A DNA stretch of 64,000 nt, from assembly GCA_016185435.1 (NCBI GenBank), contig JACPNN010000021.1, positions 269 through 64,268 of the forward strand. The letters are read 5' to 3'. Positions within the stretch are counted from its first letter, which is position 1. The number at the start of each line of letters is the position of its first letter. The DNA is from Candidatus Aenigmatarchaeota archaeon. Its GTDB lineage: Archaea; Aenigmatarchaeota; Aenigmatarchaeia; QMZP01. The position numbers and the translations under genes are program-made. Shown piece by piece: positions 16,196 through 26,441 of this stretch. The notes beneath the pieces were generated by a model. That model made no database searches. It worked only from the letters and a program-made list of their open reading frames with translations, and was not told the DNA's origin.

Positions 16196-17407
16196 ATGGA
16201 AGCCTTTGCATACATGCTGGGCAAGAACCGCATACTTTCCATAGCGGAGCTTGCCAGCCATTTCCATTTCAATGGCATCGGGTTCAGGGTCCTTGAAAAC
16301 AGGCAGGATTTCTTCATAGCCGAGTCTGAGAGGCCCGCTGATGCTAATGCGCTTGGAGGGCTGATAAAGGCCGCTGAAATACGGAATGTGATAGGCAGAA
16401 AAGAATTGCCAGGGTTCCTTAAGCATGATTCTGATATGAATTTATTTTTCATAAAAACAGATGATAGCAGGCTTGTCTTTGGAGTGAGCATCTATCCATG
16501 GAGCAGGAAGAATATAGAGCTCCACAAGAGAATCAGCCTCATAATAAAGAAGAGGCTGAGGGAAGAGGGCCTCAAGGCCCATTATTTCAACCTGCCAAAG
16601 GACAGGTGCTCTCTGACGCATGTGGAGGTAATCAGGCAGGAAATCATTGAAAAATCATTCGAAATTGTTCTTCTTATTTGTGATAGCAGGATATACATAG
16701 GAAAAACAGTTGGCTGCCATAACCCCTTTGAATTCCAGAAAAGGGATGTGGAGAGGCCGGTTGTGAGAAGCGAATTGTCCACTTCCCCAAGGCTCTCAAG
16801 GATTCTTATCAATTTGACCGGCTACAGAAAAGGGGACAAACTTATAGACCCCTTCTGCGGAACAGGGACAATCCTTCAGGAGGCGGCTGTGATGGGACTT
16901 GATTTCTATGGCCTTGATCTGGACAAGAATATGGCTGATGCCGGCAGAAAGAACCTGTATTGGATTTCAGAAAAATATAAACTGAACCTTGAAAATCTGC
17001 ACGAAAAAATAAAGCAGGGCGATGCGAGAAATTCTTCAGATGTTTTCCCAAACAACGGATTCGATGCGATAGCGACCGAGCCTTATCTGGGGCCTTTGCT
17101 GAAGAGGAGGCCGGACTTGAATCATGCAAAAGGGATAATAAGGGAAATAGAGCCTTTATATGAGGCTTTCCTTAAGGAAGCACATAAGATTCTCAGGCCA
17201 GGAGGCAGGATTTCGATCGTCTCCCCCAGATTCATCACAGAAAAAGGCATAGTCAGGCTGGAGACAGAAAGGCTCGCAGGAAAATCCGGCCTGCAGCCCT
17301 TTGACATACTGCAGTTGTACAAAATAAATCATCCGCACCCCCTTACAGATTTCGAGGAGGGCCAGTTCCTTGGGAGGGAGATACATATTTTCGAGAAGGC
17401 TGAATGA
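16196..17407 (+). CDS. THUMP-domain RNA methyltransferase (Trm14/TrmN-like tRNA m2G methyltransferase)
   Basis: ~400 aa; DPFCGTGTILQEAAVMG SAM-binding motif I preceded by THUMP-like region. Confidence 0.55.
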   Translation: MEAFAYMLGKNRILSIAELASHFHFNGIGFRVLENRQDFFIAESERPADANALGGLIKAAEIRNVIGRKELPGFLKHDSDMNLFFIKTDDSRLVFGVSIYPWSRKNIELHKRISLIIKKRLREEGLKAHYFNLPKDRCSLTHVEVIRQEIIEKSFEIVLLICDSRIYIGKTVGCHNPFEFQKRDVERPVVRSELSTSPRLSRILINLTGYRKGDKLIDPFCGTGTILQEAAVMGLDFYGLDLDKNMADAGRKNLYWISEKYKLNLENLHEKIKQGDARNSSDVFPNNGFDAIATEPYLGPLLKRRPDLNHAKGIIREIEPLYEAFLKEAHKILRPGGRISIVSPRFITEKGIVRLETERLAGKSGLQPFDILQLYKINHPHPLTDFEEGQFLGREIHIFEKAE

Positions 17408-17495
17408 TGCGGTTTCAATTCTTATGCGAGGTGGAGACTCTTATTTCACAGAAGGCTGCTGAAACCCGGGAAAAATGACAGCCAAACATATCGGT

Positions 17496-18119
17496 TTACA
17501 AAGTATCTGACCACAATTCGTCAACAGTGTAGCTTATTTTGTTCTGTTTGAGAAAGCCCAGTATTTGTTCCCTGTTTTCCATTGGAATCAGGATGACGGC
17601 TTTCCCCAGTTTTTTGCCCTTGAACTTTTTAACCAGGCCCATTCCGGTATAAACCTTGTTTCCAACCTTCTGCTTATATCCATACAGCTTCCTCCATATC
17701 CTCATTTGCCTGGACGGCCCGATGCCTTTCAAACTCATCTTTATCAGCATATAATAACAGATTTTTTCCGGCATTTCATTATACTTCCCATACAGCAATA
17801 TTCCAGAGCTTATTACCTCCCTTCTTAAAGACCATTCTCTAAGATTTCCGACTTTGACCGTGATTTCATTGGCTACTCCTTTCAGCTTCCAGATTTCATA
17901 AATGCTGGACATTCTGAAGAGAGACAGCAGTTTATCAACCTCCTTTTCAATGTCCACATGCGTATCTACAAACAGATCCACATCACTTTCCTCATCAAAG
18001 TCACCTCTCGCGACAGAGCCAAAAAGGATTATTTTGTCTATTTTATCGGCTATTTTGCTGTCCAGCAAGAACGAGGCAAAACTCATGGCATAACCCATCA
18101 GACTATTTCTCTCCGCCAT
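17496..18119 (-). CDS. minimal nucleotidyltransferase (MNT) of HEPN/MNT pair 2
   Basis: ILFGSVARGDFDEESDVDLFV motif; paralog of 48162-48794 (LYGYKQKVGNKVYTGMGLV vs LYGYRQKTAYYKGMIEL). Confidence 0.6.
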   Translation of the reverse strand: MAERNSLMGYAMSFASFLLDSKIADKIDKIILFGSVARGDFDEESDVDLFVDTHVDIEKEVDKLLSLFRMSSIYEIWKLKGVANEITVKVGNLREWSLRREVISSGILLYGKYNEMPEKICYYMLIKMSLKGIGPSRQMRIWRKLYGYKQKVGNKVYTGMGLVKKFKGKKLGKAVILIPMENREQILGFLKQNKISYTVDELWSDTL

Positions 18120-18504
18120 ACATCACCTCCTTTATTATCCTTTCAAGCCCCTGAAATATTTCAACCGCTTTCCTTGCCATCTCAGCCTGCTTTGGGGCGC
18201 CATATGACAGTTTCTCGCAAATCTTTTCCAATTCAAGCATTTTGTTTATAATGGCGGCCCTGTTCCTGAATTCCGGCAATCTGCCAAAAACCTTTTCAGA
18301 TTTAAACCATGTATGGTTTATTTGAAACCCCTCTTCTATCTTCTTTTCTTTGTGCAAACATGCAGACAGCAGCTCTACAATCCCTTTGGAGGCATTATCG
18401 CCTATAATCCTCTGGGAATTCTCAAGACCCCTGACTTCGATTGCCCACTTGAATATCGTCTCCTTCCTTTCCTCAAATGCCTCTAAATGTTTTTCAGGCC
18501 TCAT
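18103..18504 (-). CDS. HEPN-like partner of MNT (pair 2)
   Basis: 133-aa helical protein overlapping the MNT gene by 17 bp; paralog of 47771-48169. Confidence 0.45.
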   Translation of the reverse strand: MRPEKHLEAFEERKETIFKWAIEVRGLENSQRIIGDNASKGIVELLSACLHKEKKIEEGFQINHTWFKSEKVFGRLPEFRNRAAIINKMLELEKICEKLSYGAPKQAEMARKAVEIFQGLERIIKEVMYGGEK

Positions 18505-18765
18505 ATACTATTTTAGTAAGTAACTATATAAGCTTTTCGTTAGTGTCTTACATATGTCAGTGACTATATAATTATTATGTAAGTTACTTAATTAAGAGAA
18601 TATGGCATAGGGCTCTGGAACTTGATATCTATGCCTACAGGCCTCCACATCATATCTGTCGTGTTTCAGCCGGACTCTTCTATCATAACCTCAGGAAAGC
18701 AAGTTCCAGATTTTGCCAGAGGTATGGATGGGCAAGAAGTGTTTGGCATCATTAAGCTGAACATT

Positions 18766-20046
18766 TCAATTTGTATATGCTTCCATTATCCAAATGTCTC
18801 TTCCTTCCATTACAACAAAATTCAGTTTCTTACCGTCTGGGGAGAATTGAGGATAAAAGTAGGTAGGGCCATAGTACCGGCTCCTTTTCTTGCCAATTTC
18901 TATGAATGAGCCTCTTAATGAGAACATTTCATACACAGCTTTCTTACCATCAGGACTAAAAACGGGCAATGCCAGACTATTAAATGACCTGCTTTCCTTA
19001 CCATCAATAACGACATAGTATTCGATACGATCCGGAACAATAGGACTCAGGACATTCTTTGGCTTTCTTGAGGCGGCAAAGTATATTTTGCCGTCTGGTG
19101 AAAAGTACACTTCTGAATTTAAATCATCATAAGTTAGTTCTGTCTCTTCGTATTCCCTGAGGCTGGTATCTGTAACAACAAGGTAATATTTTCCTTTATT
19201 TCTTGCATGAAAGGCTATTCTTCGGCCATCGGGAGAAAAAACAGGATCTGAAGCTATGCTATCATACTTTCTTCCTTCTTTTTCCCCCACCACAAGAAAA
19301 CCCTTCATATTTCCATATTCTCCCTCATTTATTACATATGCGACAAGTTTGCTGTCTGGGGAAAATACCGGACGAATATAGGGATTTCTTGATTTGTACA
19401 CTTTACCTTCCTTTCCGTTAACTACAACAAACAAATCATCCCAATGGCTTCCTGTTGCACCATAAGCGACATTTTTGCTATCAGGCGAGAAAACAATTTG
19501 TCCCACGCCCTCATACTGTTTGTGTTCGCTGTCGTCTACTGTTACAAACTTCTTTTCCCCTGCTTTCATAGCATATGCAATACGCTGGCTGTCAGGACTG
19601 AATGTGAAGTACATGACTCCGTCATGTTTCCTGATCTCTTTGCCGTCGAGCACAACAACCTCTTGTTCTCCGTCCCTCGCCTCATAAGCGACGTGTTTCC
19701 CATCCGAGCTGAATATGAACAACCAATCGATGTAGTCATAAGGCCTGCCTACCACCCCGTCTATGACAGCGATTGCTTTTTCTCCTTTATACATTACATA
19801 TCCCACTCTGGTGAGATTCGGGTCAAGAAAAATCAGAGAATGTGAAACATCTCCATATTCTTTCGGTATTGTCGCCACTTTTGTAACTTTGGTCTCATTC
19901 AGGGGCTTGAACTGGAAGTCCTCTGCAAAAGAAGATATTATCAAAGGCAGTATTATAATTGAAATCAAAATTACATATAGAACTATGACCAATGCAAGCA
20001 ATCCTACAGGGATGAGCAGAAGCTTCCTTTTGTCCACAATAATCAT
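18766..20046 (-). CDS. membrane-anchored beta-propeller protein with PD40/TolB-like repeats
   Basis: N-terminal TM helix; repeated ...FSPDGK/FSPDSK... units at regular spacing. Confidence 0.55.
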   Translation of the reverse strand: MIIVDKRKLLLIPVGLLALVIVLYVILISIIILPLIISSFAEDFQFKPLNETKVTKVATIPKEYGDVSHSLIFLDPNLTRVGYVMYKGEKAIAVIDGVVGRPYDYIDWLFIFSSDGKHVAYEARDGEQEVVVLDGKEIRKHDGVMYFTFSPDSQRIAYAMKAGEKKFVTVDDSEHKQYEGVGQIVFSPDSKNVAYGATGSHWDDLFVVVNGKEGKVYKSRNPYIRPVFSPDSKLVAYVINEGEYGNMKGFLVVGEKEGRKYDSIASDPVFSPDGRRIAFHARNKGKYYLVVTDTSLREYEETELTYDDLNSEVYFSPDGKIYFAASRKPKNVLSPIVPDRIEYYVVIDGKESRSFNSLALPVFSPDGKKAVYEMFSLRGSFIEIGKKRSRYYGPTYFYPQFSPDGKKLNFVVMEGRDIWIMEAYTN

Positions 20047-20067
20047 TCCTCCCCCTTCCTAATATTA

Positions 20068-20841
20068 TCAACTTGTCCTGAAGTATTCCAAAACTCGCCC
20101 ATGGAGCTTTCTGTTTGCAGCCAGGCAGGTTGATGTCTCCATTCCTATCGGTCTTCCATGAATGTCGGTCATTATCCCGCCAGCCTCGTCTATGGCCACC
20201 TTCAGGGCCGCTATGTCCCAGATTTTTACATATGGTTCAACCGTGATTTCAGCCCTTCCTGAAGCGAGAAGGTGGTACATCCAGAAGTCGCCGTATCCCC
20301 TGTCCTTGTAGCAATCCTTTATCAGCCTCAGCATGCCATTGAGAAGGCCCTTTTCCCCGAAGAATTTGAGGCCGCTGTAGCACACCATTGCTTTTGAGAT
20401 TTCTTTGGTAGAAGAAACATGGATTCGGTTTCCATCAAGAAACGTTCCTTTCCCCTTTTCAGCAAACATGAGCTCTTTCATGGCTGGCCCATTGGAAACG
20501 CCCAATATTACCTCGCCTTTCCTCATGAGGGCGATCTGGGTGCTGAATACGGGGATTTTCCTGATGAAGTTTTCTGTCCCGTCCAAGGGATCTATTATCC
20601 AGATGTATTCCGAACCGGCATTTTCGCTCCCTGACTCCTCTCCCAGGAAGCCGTGCTCAGGAAAGGCATTTTTTATTGTTTCTTTGATCATTCTTTCTGC
20701 TTCCCTGTCCGCTTCTGTCACAGGTGTGCTGTCAGGCTTGAAGCTCGGCCTGATTTCATCTGCTGAATAATAATCCATTATTACTTCTTCTGCTGCTTTT
20801 GCGGCCTTGAGGGCGGTTTTGAGGAACGGGCTTTGGGACAT
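20068..20841 (-). CDS. suhB: inositol monophosphatase / fructose-1,6-bisphosphatase family protein
   Basis: WIIDPLDGTENF and EESG motifs of the IMPase superfamily. Confidence 0.65.
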   Translation of the reverse strand: MSQSPFLKTALKAAKAAEEVIMDYYSADEIRPSFKPDSTPVTEADREAERMIKETIKNAFPEHGFLGEESGSENAGSEYIWIIDPLDGTENFIRKIPVFSTQIALMRKGEVILGVSNGPAMKELMFAEKGKGTFLDGNRIHVSSTKEISKAMVCYSGLKFFGEKGLLNGMLRLIKDCYKDRGYGDFWMYHLLASGRAEITVEPYVKIWDIAALKVAIDEAGGIMTDIHGRPIGMETSTCLAANRKLHGRVLEYFRTS

Positions 20842-20888
20842 CAGAATAATTGCACTTCAGGCTTAAAATCCGAATAAAAAGTGAGTTC

Positions 20889-21575
20889 TTATTTCCTCTT
20901 CTCCTGCTTCTCGGCTAGCCTCAGGAATTTCCTCAGGAAATCCTTTGCCTCGTCCCTTATCGCAAGGCCGAAGCCGATACCGAGAGCGAGGGCGGCAGCG
21001 AAGAGGGCTGCGGCCGTTATCAGGAGGATGATGTTCTCAGCAAGGGAGAATTTCAGGCCGAACTGCTCGATGGCCGTGAAGGCAAGAACAATGATAAGGA
21101 ATGCCCTGACAATCCTTATTGCGCCGCTGAACAGCTTGTCCCTTGAGATGATTCTGAGCGTGAAGAAATCGATAATCACAATGCCTACCGCTATCACTAT
21201 TGCGGCCAGCACGAGTTTTGTAAGCCAGAACATCAGCAGCTGGGCAAACGGGGATAAAAATCCTAGGTCAATGGCCTCAAAAAGTCTGCCTGCAAAGACT
21301 GCAAAAAGAGACCATTTTGCAGCGGAGCCAAAGATGGGCGCAAGGCTAGTGGCACCGAATGTGTCCTTCCTGTCCTCAGCCCTGAGCAGCCTGTCTATGC
21401 GGATCCTGTGGAGGACGTTCTTCACGGCAAGGCCGACAATATATGCGCCTATGTATATGAGGGCAAGGAATACCAGCACTATGAGCAGCTTTGGCAGAAG
21501 GGACACAGATTTGGAAAAGAACTCTGACAACGGGATAATGAAAATCTGCTGGAGCATCTCGCCAATATCAGCCAT
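20889..21575 (-). CDS. multi-pass membrane protein with repeated conserved TM-helix units (MscS N-terminal-like)
   Basis: Several ~20-aa hydrophobic helices separated by short charged loops; + strand ORF 20881-21603 is its antisense. Confidence 0.4.
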   Translation of the reverse strand: MADIGEMLQQIFIIPLSEFFSKSVSLLPKLLIVLVFLALIYIGAYIVGLAVKNVLHRIRIDRLLRAEDRKDTFGATSLAPIFGSAAKWSLFAVFAGRLFEAIDLGFLSPFAQLLMFWLTKLVLAAIVIAVGIVIIDFFTLRIISRDKLFSGAIRIVRAFLIIVLAFTAIEQFGLKFSLAENIILLITAAALFAAALALGIGFGLAIRDEAKDFLRKFLRLAEKQEKRK

Positions 21576-22878
21576 ATTGAATGTTGGAAAGCCTGCTTAT
21601 TAACTTTTCGGCCTTCTCTGTTTCCTTGGCCATGCCAGAAGCAAATTTCAGGGAAAGTTCAGCAGCCTGCTCATTTTCCAGACTTTCAGTTGCTCCCATT
21701 CCTCTGGCCTTCTTTATTATCCTGTCTGCAACCGTCTCCCTATCTTCTGTCATTTTCTCGAAAATCTGCAGCAATTTCCTATTTGCAGGGGATATAGAAC
21801 AAAAATCAAGCAGAGCCTTGCAATACCTCCTGACTTCTTTGCTTCCCATCCCTCTCTTTGCAGAGTGCAGCTGCAATCTGTCCACGAAATCGAAAGGAGG
21901 AATAAATAAAACCCCGTCTTCGGTTCTGAATGGCTCGTCAGCGGACTCACTGAAGGATACAGTCAGCCTTCCTTCCCCGATCTCCTTCAGCACATGCACT
22001 ATAATAACAGATGCTGAAAGCATATTGGAAAAGGTGCTCATGTCCATGCCCCTCATCTCGAATGTTCCTATGGAGTTCACCTTAATAGGCGACCAGTTCG
22101 TGTCAAGGGCTGCGCCATAGACTGAAAGCGCATTTGACCTAAGTCTCAGGATCCTCATTTTCCTTGACCATTCGCCGAACCTATCCTCGGCCTGGTAAAT
22201 CAGGGAAGTCACAGTGTGCCTGTAGGGAGGCAGCGCCCCGAATTCCTGGAATTCCGAATAAAGGCCTTCCACGCCGAAAAGCCTGTTTCCCCTGTAGAAC
22301 ATCATCCTTGCGTCCTTTCCGCAAAGCCTCCCCTGGTAGAAAGGGGATGACTGCAGGAATGCGCACAAGGCAGGATCCATGGCGACCATCATGTTGTAGC
22401 TGTCTATTGTCCGCTGGTTGAGGGATGGATTAAGAAGCAGACGCATGTTCCTGCTGAACCTGCTGAATATGCCCCTTGGAAGGGTATAGTGGAAATGGAA
22501 GCCTGTACACCTGCCAGCTATCTTCCATCTCTCCTTCCCGAATATCCTTTCCTTTATCCTGTATGCAGCCTCCTTCCTCATTTCAGGGTCGAAAGAGCCC
22601 GGATATGTGGAATAAGGATAAACATGCAGCATATGCTTTTCGGCAGCCGAAACAAGTAGCCTGATCTTTTCGAGCAGATCCCCCATTGAATCAGCCAGCA
22701 AAGCATACGGTTTCGAGGCGATTTCGATCATCCCTTTTGCGCACTCCTTTTTTGCTTGGCCAGTCATCTCCTTTATTATGACATCTGCCTTGTCTGAAAC
22801 TAACCCTTTCCCATCAATCAGATGAAATTCGGCCTCAAAGCCTGCAAGCCTCTGCTCCCTGAATCCGAACATATACAT
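21568..22878 (-). CDS. GCS2/YbdK-family carboxylate-amine ligase (gamma-glutamylcysteine ligase-like)
   Basis: N-terminal GFEAEFHLID block analogous to the GxExEF motif of GCS2 enzymes; ~430 aa. Confidence 0.45.
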   Translation of the reverse strand: MYMFGFREQRLAGFEAEFHLIDGKGLVSDKADVIIKEMTGQAKKECAKGMIEIASKPYALLADSMGDLLEKIRLLVSAAEKHMLHVYPYSTYPGSFDPEMRKEAAYRIKERIFGKERWKIAGRCTGFHFHYTLPRGIFSRFSRNMRLLLNPSLNQRTIDSYNMMVAMDPALCAFLQSSPFYQGRLCGKDARMMFYRGNRLFGVEGLYSEFQEFGALPPYRHTVTSLIYQAEDRFGEWSRKMRILRLRSNALSVYGAALDTNWSPIKVNSIGTFEMRGMDMSTFSNMLSASVIIVHVLKEIGEGRLTVSFSESADEPFRTEDGVLFIPPFDFVDRLQLHSAKRGMGSKEVRRYCKALLDFCSISPANRKLLQIFEKMTEDRETVADRIIKKARGMGATESLENEQAAELSLKFASGMAKETEKAEKLISRLSNIQYG

Positions 22879-22978
22879 AGTTACGTCTTAATTGTTAAAT
22901 ATAATGGCCTACATGAGGCGGAAGCGTGTCTGACCGGAAATTAAATGGATACGGCAGATGCCCAGGCAACGCAAATCA

Positions 22979-24040
22979 TTAACTGTGCACATATACAGTC
23001 TGTGTTGGGAAGGCCATCTCTATGTCTTCTTTCTCGAACCTCTCCTTGATTGTCAGGTTGATTTTTTGCTGCACATCCATGTAAACGTTGTAATCGCCGC
23101 TGTTCACAAAATACACCACCTCATAAATGAGGCTGAAGTCTCCGAAGTTTTTGAAGTGGACCCTGTCCAGATCAGTGTTCTCTATTTTCCCTATGATATC
23201 CTTCACGATTGAGTTAATCTTCCTCAGCTTTTTTACAGTGGTGCTGTATGTAACGCCAAAGGTGAACACTATCCTTCTCCTCTCCATTCTTTTGTAATTA
23301 TTTATCCTGCTTTCTGTCAGCTCTTTATTGGAAACAATAAGCTCTTGGCCCTGCAGGGTCTGTATCCTTGTCGACTTGATGCCTATTTTCTTCACTATGC
23401 CGCTGTCGTTTCCAATCACTATAAAATCGCCTACCCTGAAGGGCTTGTCAAAATAGATCGAGAAGGAAGCAAATATGTCGCTCAGCACATTCTGGAGGGC
23501 AAATGCAATAGCTATGCCTCCTACCCCGAGGCCTGCAATCATCGGGGTTATATCGTACCCGAGGTTGGTAAGTATGAAGAAGACCGCAAGGACCCATACA
23601 AAAATCTTCACCAGCTTTCCAAGAAGGTCAATTACTGAAGTGTCAGTCTGCTTCTCCTCCCTGAGCCTTTCTTTGATCATTTTCCCAACAGCATAGTCTG
23701 TCAGTTTCTGCAAACCTCTGACTACATAATATGTGACTGTGACAAGAATGGAAAGATACAGGACTGACGACAACATTTCCGGCATTTTCAGGGATTGGGA
23801 AGCAATGTACAGCGGCAGAATCATGTACAGCGGCCATCCAATGGAGTCTATGCTACGGATAATGACGTCATCGAGCTCTGTTTTTGTCTTTTTAGCTATT
23901 CTCATCAGATGCTGGACTATGATATGCTTGAACACCTTAAGGGCAACAGCGGCCGCAATAAAAACAAGGAATGCCACAATATACTCCCCGTAAGGGCTGC
24001 CTGCTATTTCTTTCAGCAGAAAGTCTATGTCAAAGGCCAT
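22979..24040 (-). CDS. mscS: MscS-family mechanosensitive channel
   Basis: GLGVGGIAIAFALQNVLSDIFASFSIYFDKPFRVGDFIVIG... pore-lining TM3 and beta-domain signature. Confidence 0.7.
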   Translation of the reverse strand: MAFDIDFLLKEIAGSPYGEYIVAFLVFIAAAVALKVFKHIIVQHLMRIAKKTKTELDDVIIRSIDSIGWPLYMILPLYIASQSLKMPEMLSSVLYLSILVTVTYYVVRGLQKLTDYAVGKMIKERLREEKQTDTSVIDLLGKLVKIFVWVLAVFFILTNLGYDITPMIAGLGVGGIAIAFALQNVLSDIFASFSIYFDKPFRVGDFIVIGNDSGIVKKIGIKSTRIQTLQGQELIVSNKELTESRINNYKRMERRRIVFTFGVTYSTTVKKLRKINSIVKDIIGKIENTDLDRVHFKNFGDFSLIYEVVYFVNSGDYNVYMDVQQKINLTIKERFEKEDIEMAFPTQTVYVHS

Positions 24041-24174
24041 GATATGGAATTGATTCGCTTATATAAAAAATTTCCATTTTGCATTAGCCACATTAGTCAG
24101 CTTCTGGAACAGTGCTATGACATCGCACAGGGAAATAGCGCAAGCTTTTATGTAACGGTTTGATAGGGGTTCAT

Positions 24175-26427
24175 ATGAGGCTCCTTATAGTGTCGAACAG
24201 ATTGCCGATCACAGTGCTTAAAAAGAACGGGGATCTGAAGTTTCAAAAAAGTGTTGGAGGGCTTGCATCAGGGCTGAAGGCATTTCTTGATGCCGGCATG
24301 CCCTCTTCAGGTGCCACAGGATACCTGTGGGTCGGCTGGCCAGGAGTATCGGTTGAAGGCAAAGCAAAAGAAAAACTGAAAGACATGCTGGCCAGGCATT
24401 ACGCCTATCCTGTTTTTCTTTCCCAAAAAGAGATGGACAAATTCTACAACGGCTTCTGCAACAAGACTATATGGCCCCTTTTCCACTATTTTCCTTCCTA
24501 TGCAGTGTATGAGGAAGAATATTGGAAACATTACAGGCGGGTGAATGAGGCCTTCTGCGATGCCGTTATGGAAGTCGCAAAGCCGGGCGACCTGATATGG
24601 GTGCATGACTACCATCTCATGCTGCTTCCGAAACTCCTGAGGAAAAGGCTCGATGGGGCCATGATAGGCTTCTTTCTCCATATACCTTTCCCCTCCTTCG
24701 AAATATTCAGGCAGCTCCCGAAAGAATGGAGAAACAGTATGCTAGAGGGCCTGTTAGGGGCAGACCTTATAGGCTTTCATACGCATGACTATACGCAGGA
24801 TTTTCTCAGATGTGTCCTGCGGCTATTGGGACATGAGAACAACATGGGACAGATTTTTACAGAGGAGCGCACCCTGAAAGCCGATACATTTCCGATGGGA
24901 ATAGATTTCCAGAAATTCCACACTATGGCGGCGGATCCCAAAGTACGGAGGCATATGGACAGCCTGAAGAAGAGATTGGAAGATTCAAGGACAATACTCT
25001 CCATCGATAGGCTGGATTACACAAAAGGCGTCATTAACCGCCTGCAGGGATATGAGATCTTTCTCGACAGAAATCCCCAGTGGCACAAAAAGGTTGCAAT
25101 GATACTGATTGTTGTTCCATCGCGTCCGGGGGTTGAGCATTACCAGCAGATGAAGAGGCAGATAGACGAGCTTGTGGGAAGGATCAACGGAAAATTCAGC
25201 AGCATTGGCTGGACGCCCATATTGTACCAGTCAAAGTTCCTGCCGTTCGCTTCTCTTGCGGCCCTCTACAGCATAAGCGACGTTGCCCTGGTAACGCCGC
25301 TGAGGGACGGGATGAACCTGATCGCAAAGGAGTACGTGGCATCCAGGCCAGACATGACAGGAACGCTTGTTCTCAGTTATATGACAGGCGCCGCAAAGGA
25401 ACTAGGTGAGGCTATCCGCGTCAATCCGAATCACAGGGAAGACATTGCCGATGCGATAAAGGAAGCCCTGGAAATGACGCATGAAGAACAGGTCAGAAGA
25501 AACCGGATCATGCAGGACAGGCTGAGGCGCTATGATGTTCACAGATGGGCCGGCGATTTCATTAAGGATCTGCATGCAGTAAAGAAAGTCCAGGAGAAGT
25601 TCAATGCGAGGCTCCTGAATCCCGCCATAAGGGAGCGGTTGATAACGGATTACAGCAAAGCACGCAGGAGGCTGATTCTTCTCGATTACGATGGCACCCT
25701 CGTCCCGTTTGCAGACCATTACCAGAACTCATTGCCAGGCGAGGATGTCAAAGGACTTCTCCGCTTGATTTCAGGGAATCCCAAAACTGATGTTGTTCTG
25801 ATAAGCGGCCGCGACAGGAACACGCTCAAAGAATGGTTCAGCGGCCTTGACATAGGATTTGTTGCAGAGCATGGGATATGGATCAGGGAAAGGGGCAGTG
25901 AATGGAACTTGGCAAAAGCGCTGGCGAATGACTGGAAATCCGGGGTTCTGCCGATACTGGAAACCTTTGTTGACAGGCTCCCGGGATCCTTTGTTGAGGA
26001 GAAGGAGTATTCCATAGTCTTCCATTATAGAAAGGCGGACCCTGAGCTTGGCTCTGTAAGGGCCAAGGATCTCATGGACACGCTGCTGAACTTCACAGCC
26101 AATATGGATGTCCAGACACTGCAGGGGAACAAAGTGATCGAGATCAGGAGTGCCGGGGTCAACAAGGGCACTGCTGCTGGTCATTTCCTTTCAAAAGGCA
26201 GCTATGATTTCATACTGGCGATAGGGGATGACATTACCGATGAAGATCTCTTCCGCATCCTCCCCGAAACGGCCTATTCGATAAGGGTGGGGATAGCGAA
26301 TACTCATGCAAGGTGCAGCCTTTACAGCCAGAAAGATGCCATAGAACTGCTGGATGAAATCGGACAGAAGAGTCAGAAAAACGGAAAACGCTTCCATGAG
26401 CGAGCAGATACATATATTACACCCTAA
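24175..26427 (+). CDS. otsAB: bifunctional trehalose-6-phosphate synthase / trehalose-6-phosphate phosphatase (OtsA-OtsB fusion)
   Basis: N-terminal GT20 region (LLIVSNRLPITV...WVHDYHLMLLP...); C-terminal HAD phosphatase LLDYDGTLVPF...GDDITDEDLF. Confidence 0.7.
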   Translation: MRLLIVSNRLPITVLKKNGDLKFQKSVGGLASGLKAFLDAGMPSSGATGYLWVGWPGVSVEGKAKEKLKDMLARHYAYPVFLSQKEMDKFYNGFCNKTIWPLFHYFPSYAVYEEEYWKHYRRVNEAFCDAVMEVAKPGDLIWVHDYHLMLLPKLLRKRLDGAMIGFFLHIPFPSFEIFRQLPKEWRNSMLEGLLGADLIGFHTHDYTQDFLRCVLRLLGHENNMGQIFTEERTLKADTFPMGIDFQKFHTMAADPKVRRHMDSLKKRLEDSRTILSIDRLDYTKGVINRLQGYEIFLDRNPQWHKKVAMILIVVPSRPGVEHYQQMKRQIDELVGRINGKFSSIGWTPILYQSKFLPFASLAALYSISDVALVTPLRDGMNLIAKEYVASRPDMTGTLVLSYMTGAAKELGEAIRVNPNHREDIADAIKEALEMTHEEQVRRNRIMQDRLRRYDVHRWAGDFIKDLHAVKKVQEKFNARLLNPAIRERLITDYSKARRRLILLDYDGTLVPFADHYQNSLPGEDVKGLLRLISGNPKTDVVLISGRDRNTLKEWFSGLDIGFVAEHGIWIRERGSEWNLAKALANDWKSGVLPILETFVDRLPGSFVEEKEYSIVFHYRKADPELGSVRAKDLMDTLLNFTANMDVQTLQGNKVIEIRSAGVNKGTAAGHFLSKGSYDFILAIGDDITDEDLFRILPETAYSIRVGIANTHARCSLYSQKDAIELLDEIGQKSQKNGKRFHERADTYITP

Positions 26428-26441
26428 ACCAATTAACAGTC

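Noticed and set aside
20881-21603. 240-aa + strand ORF
   Set aside because: Antisense to the multi-TM membrane protein gene (20889-21575); Ala/Ser-rich mirror-frame artefact.
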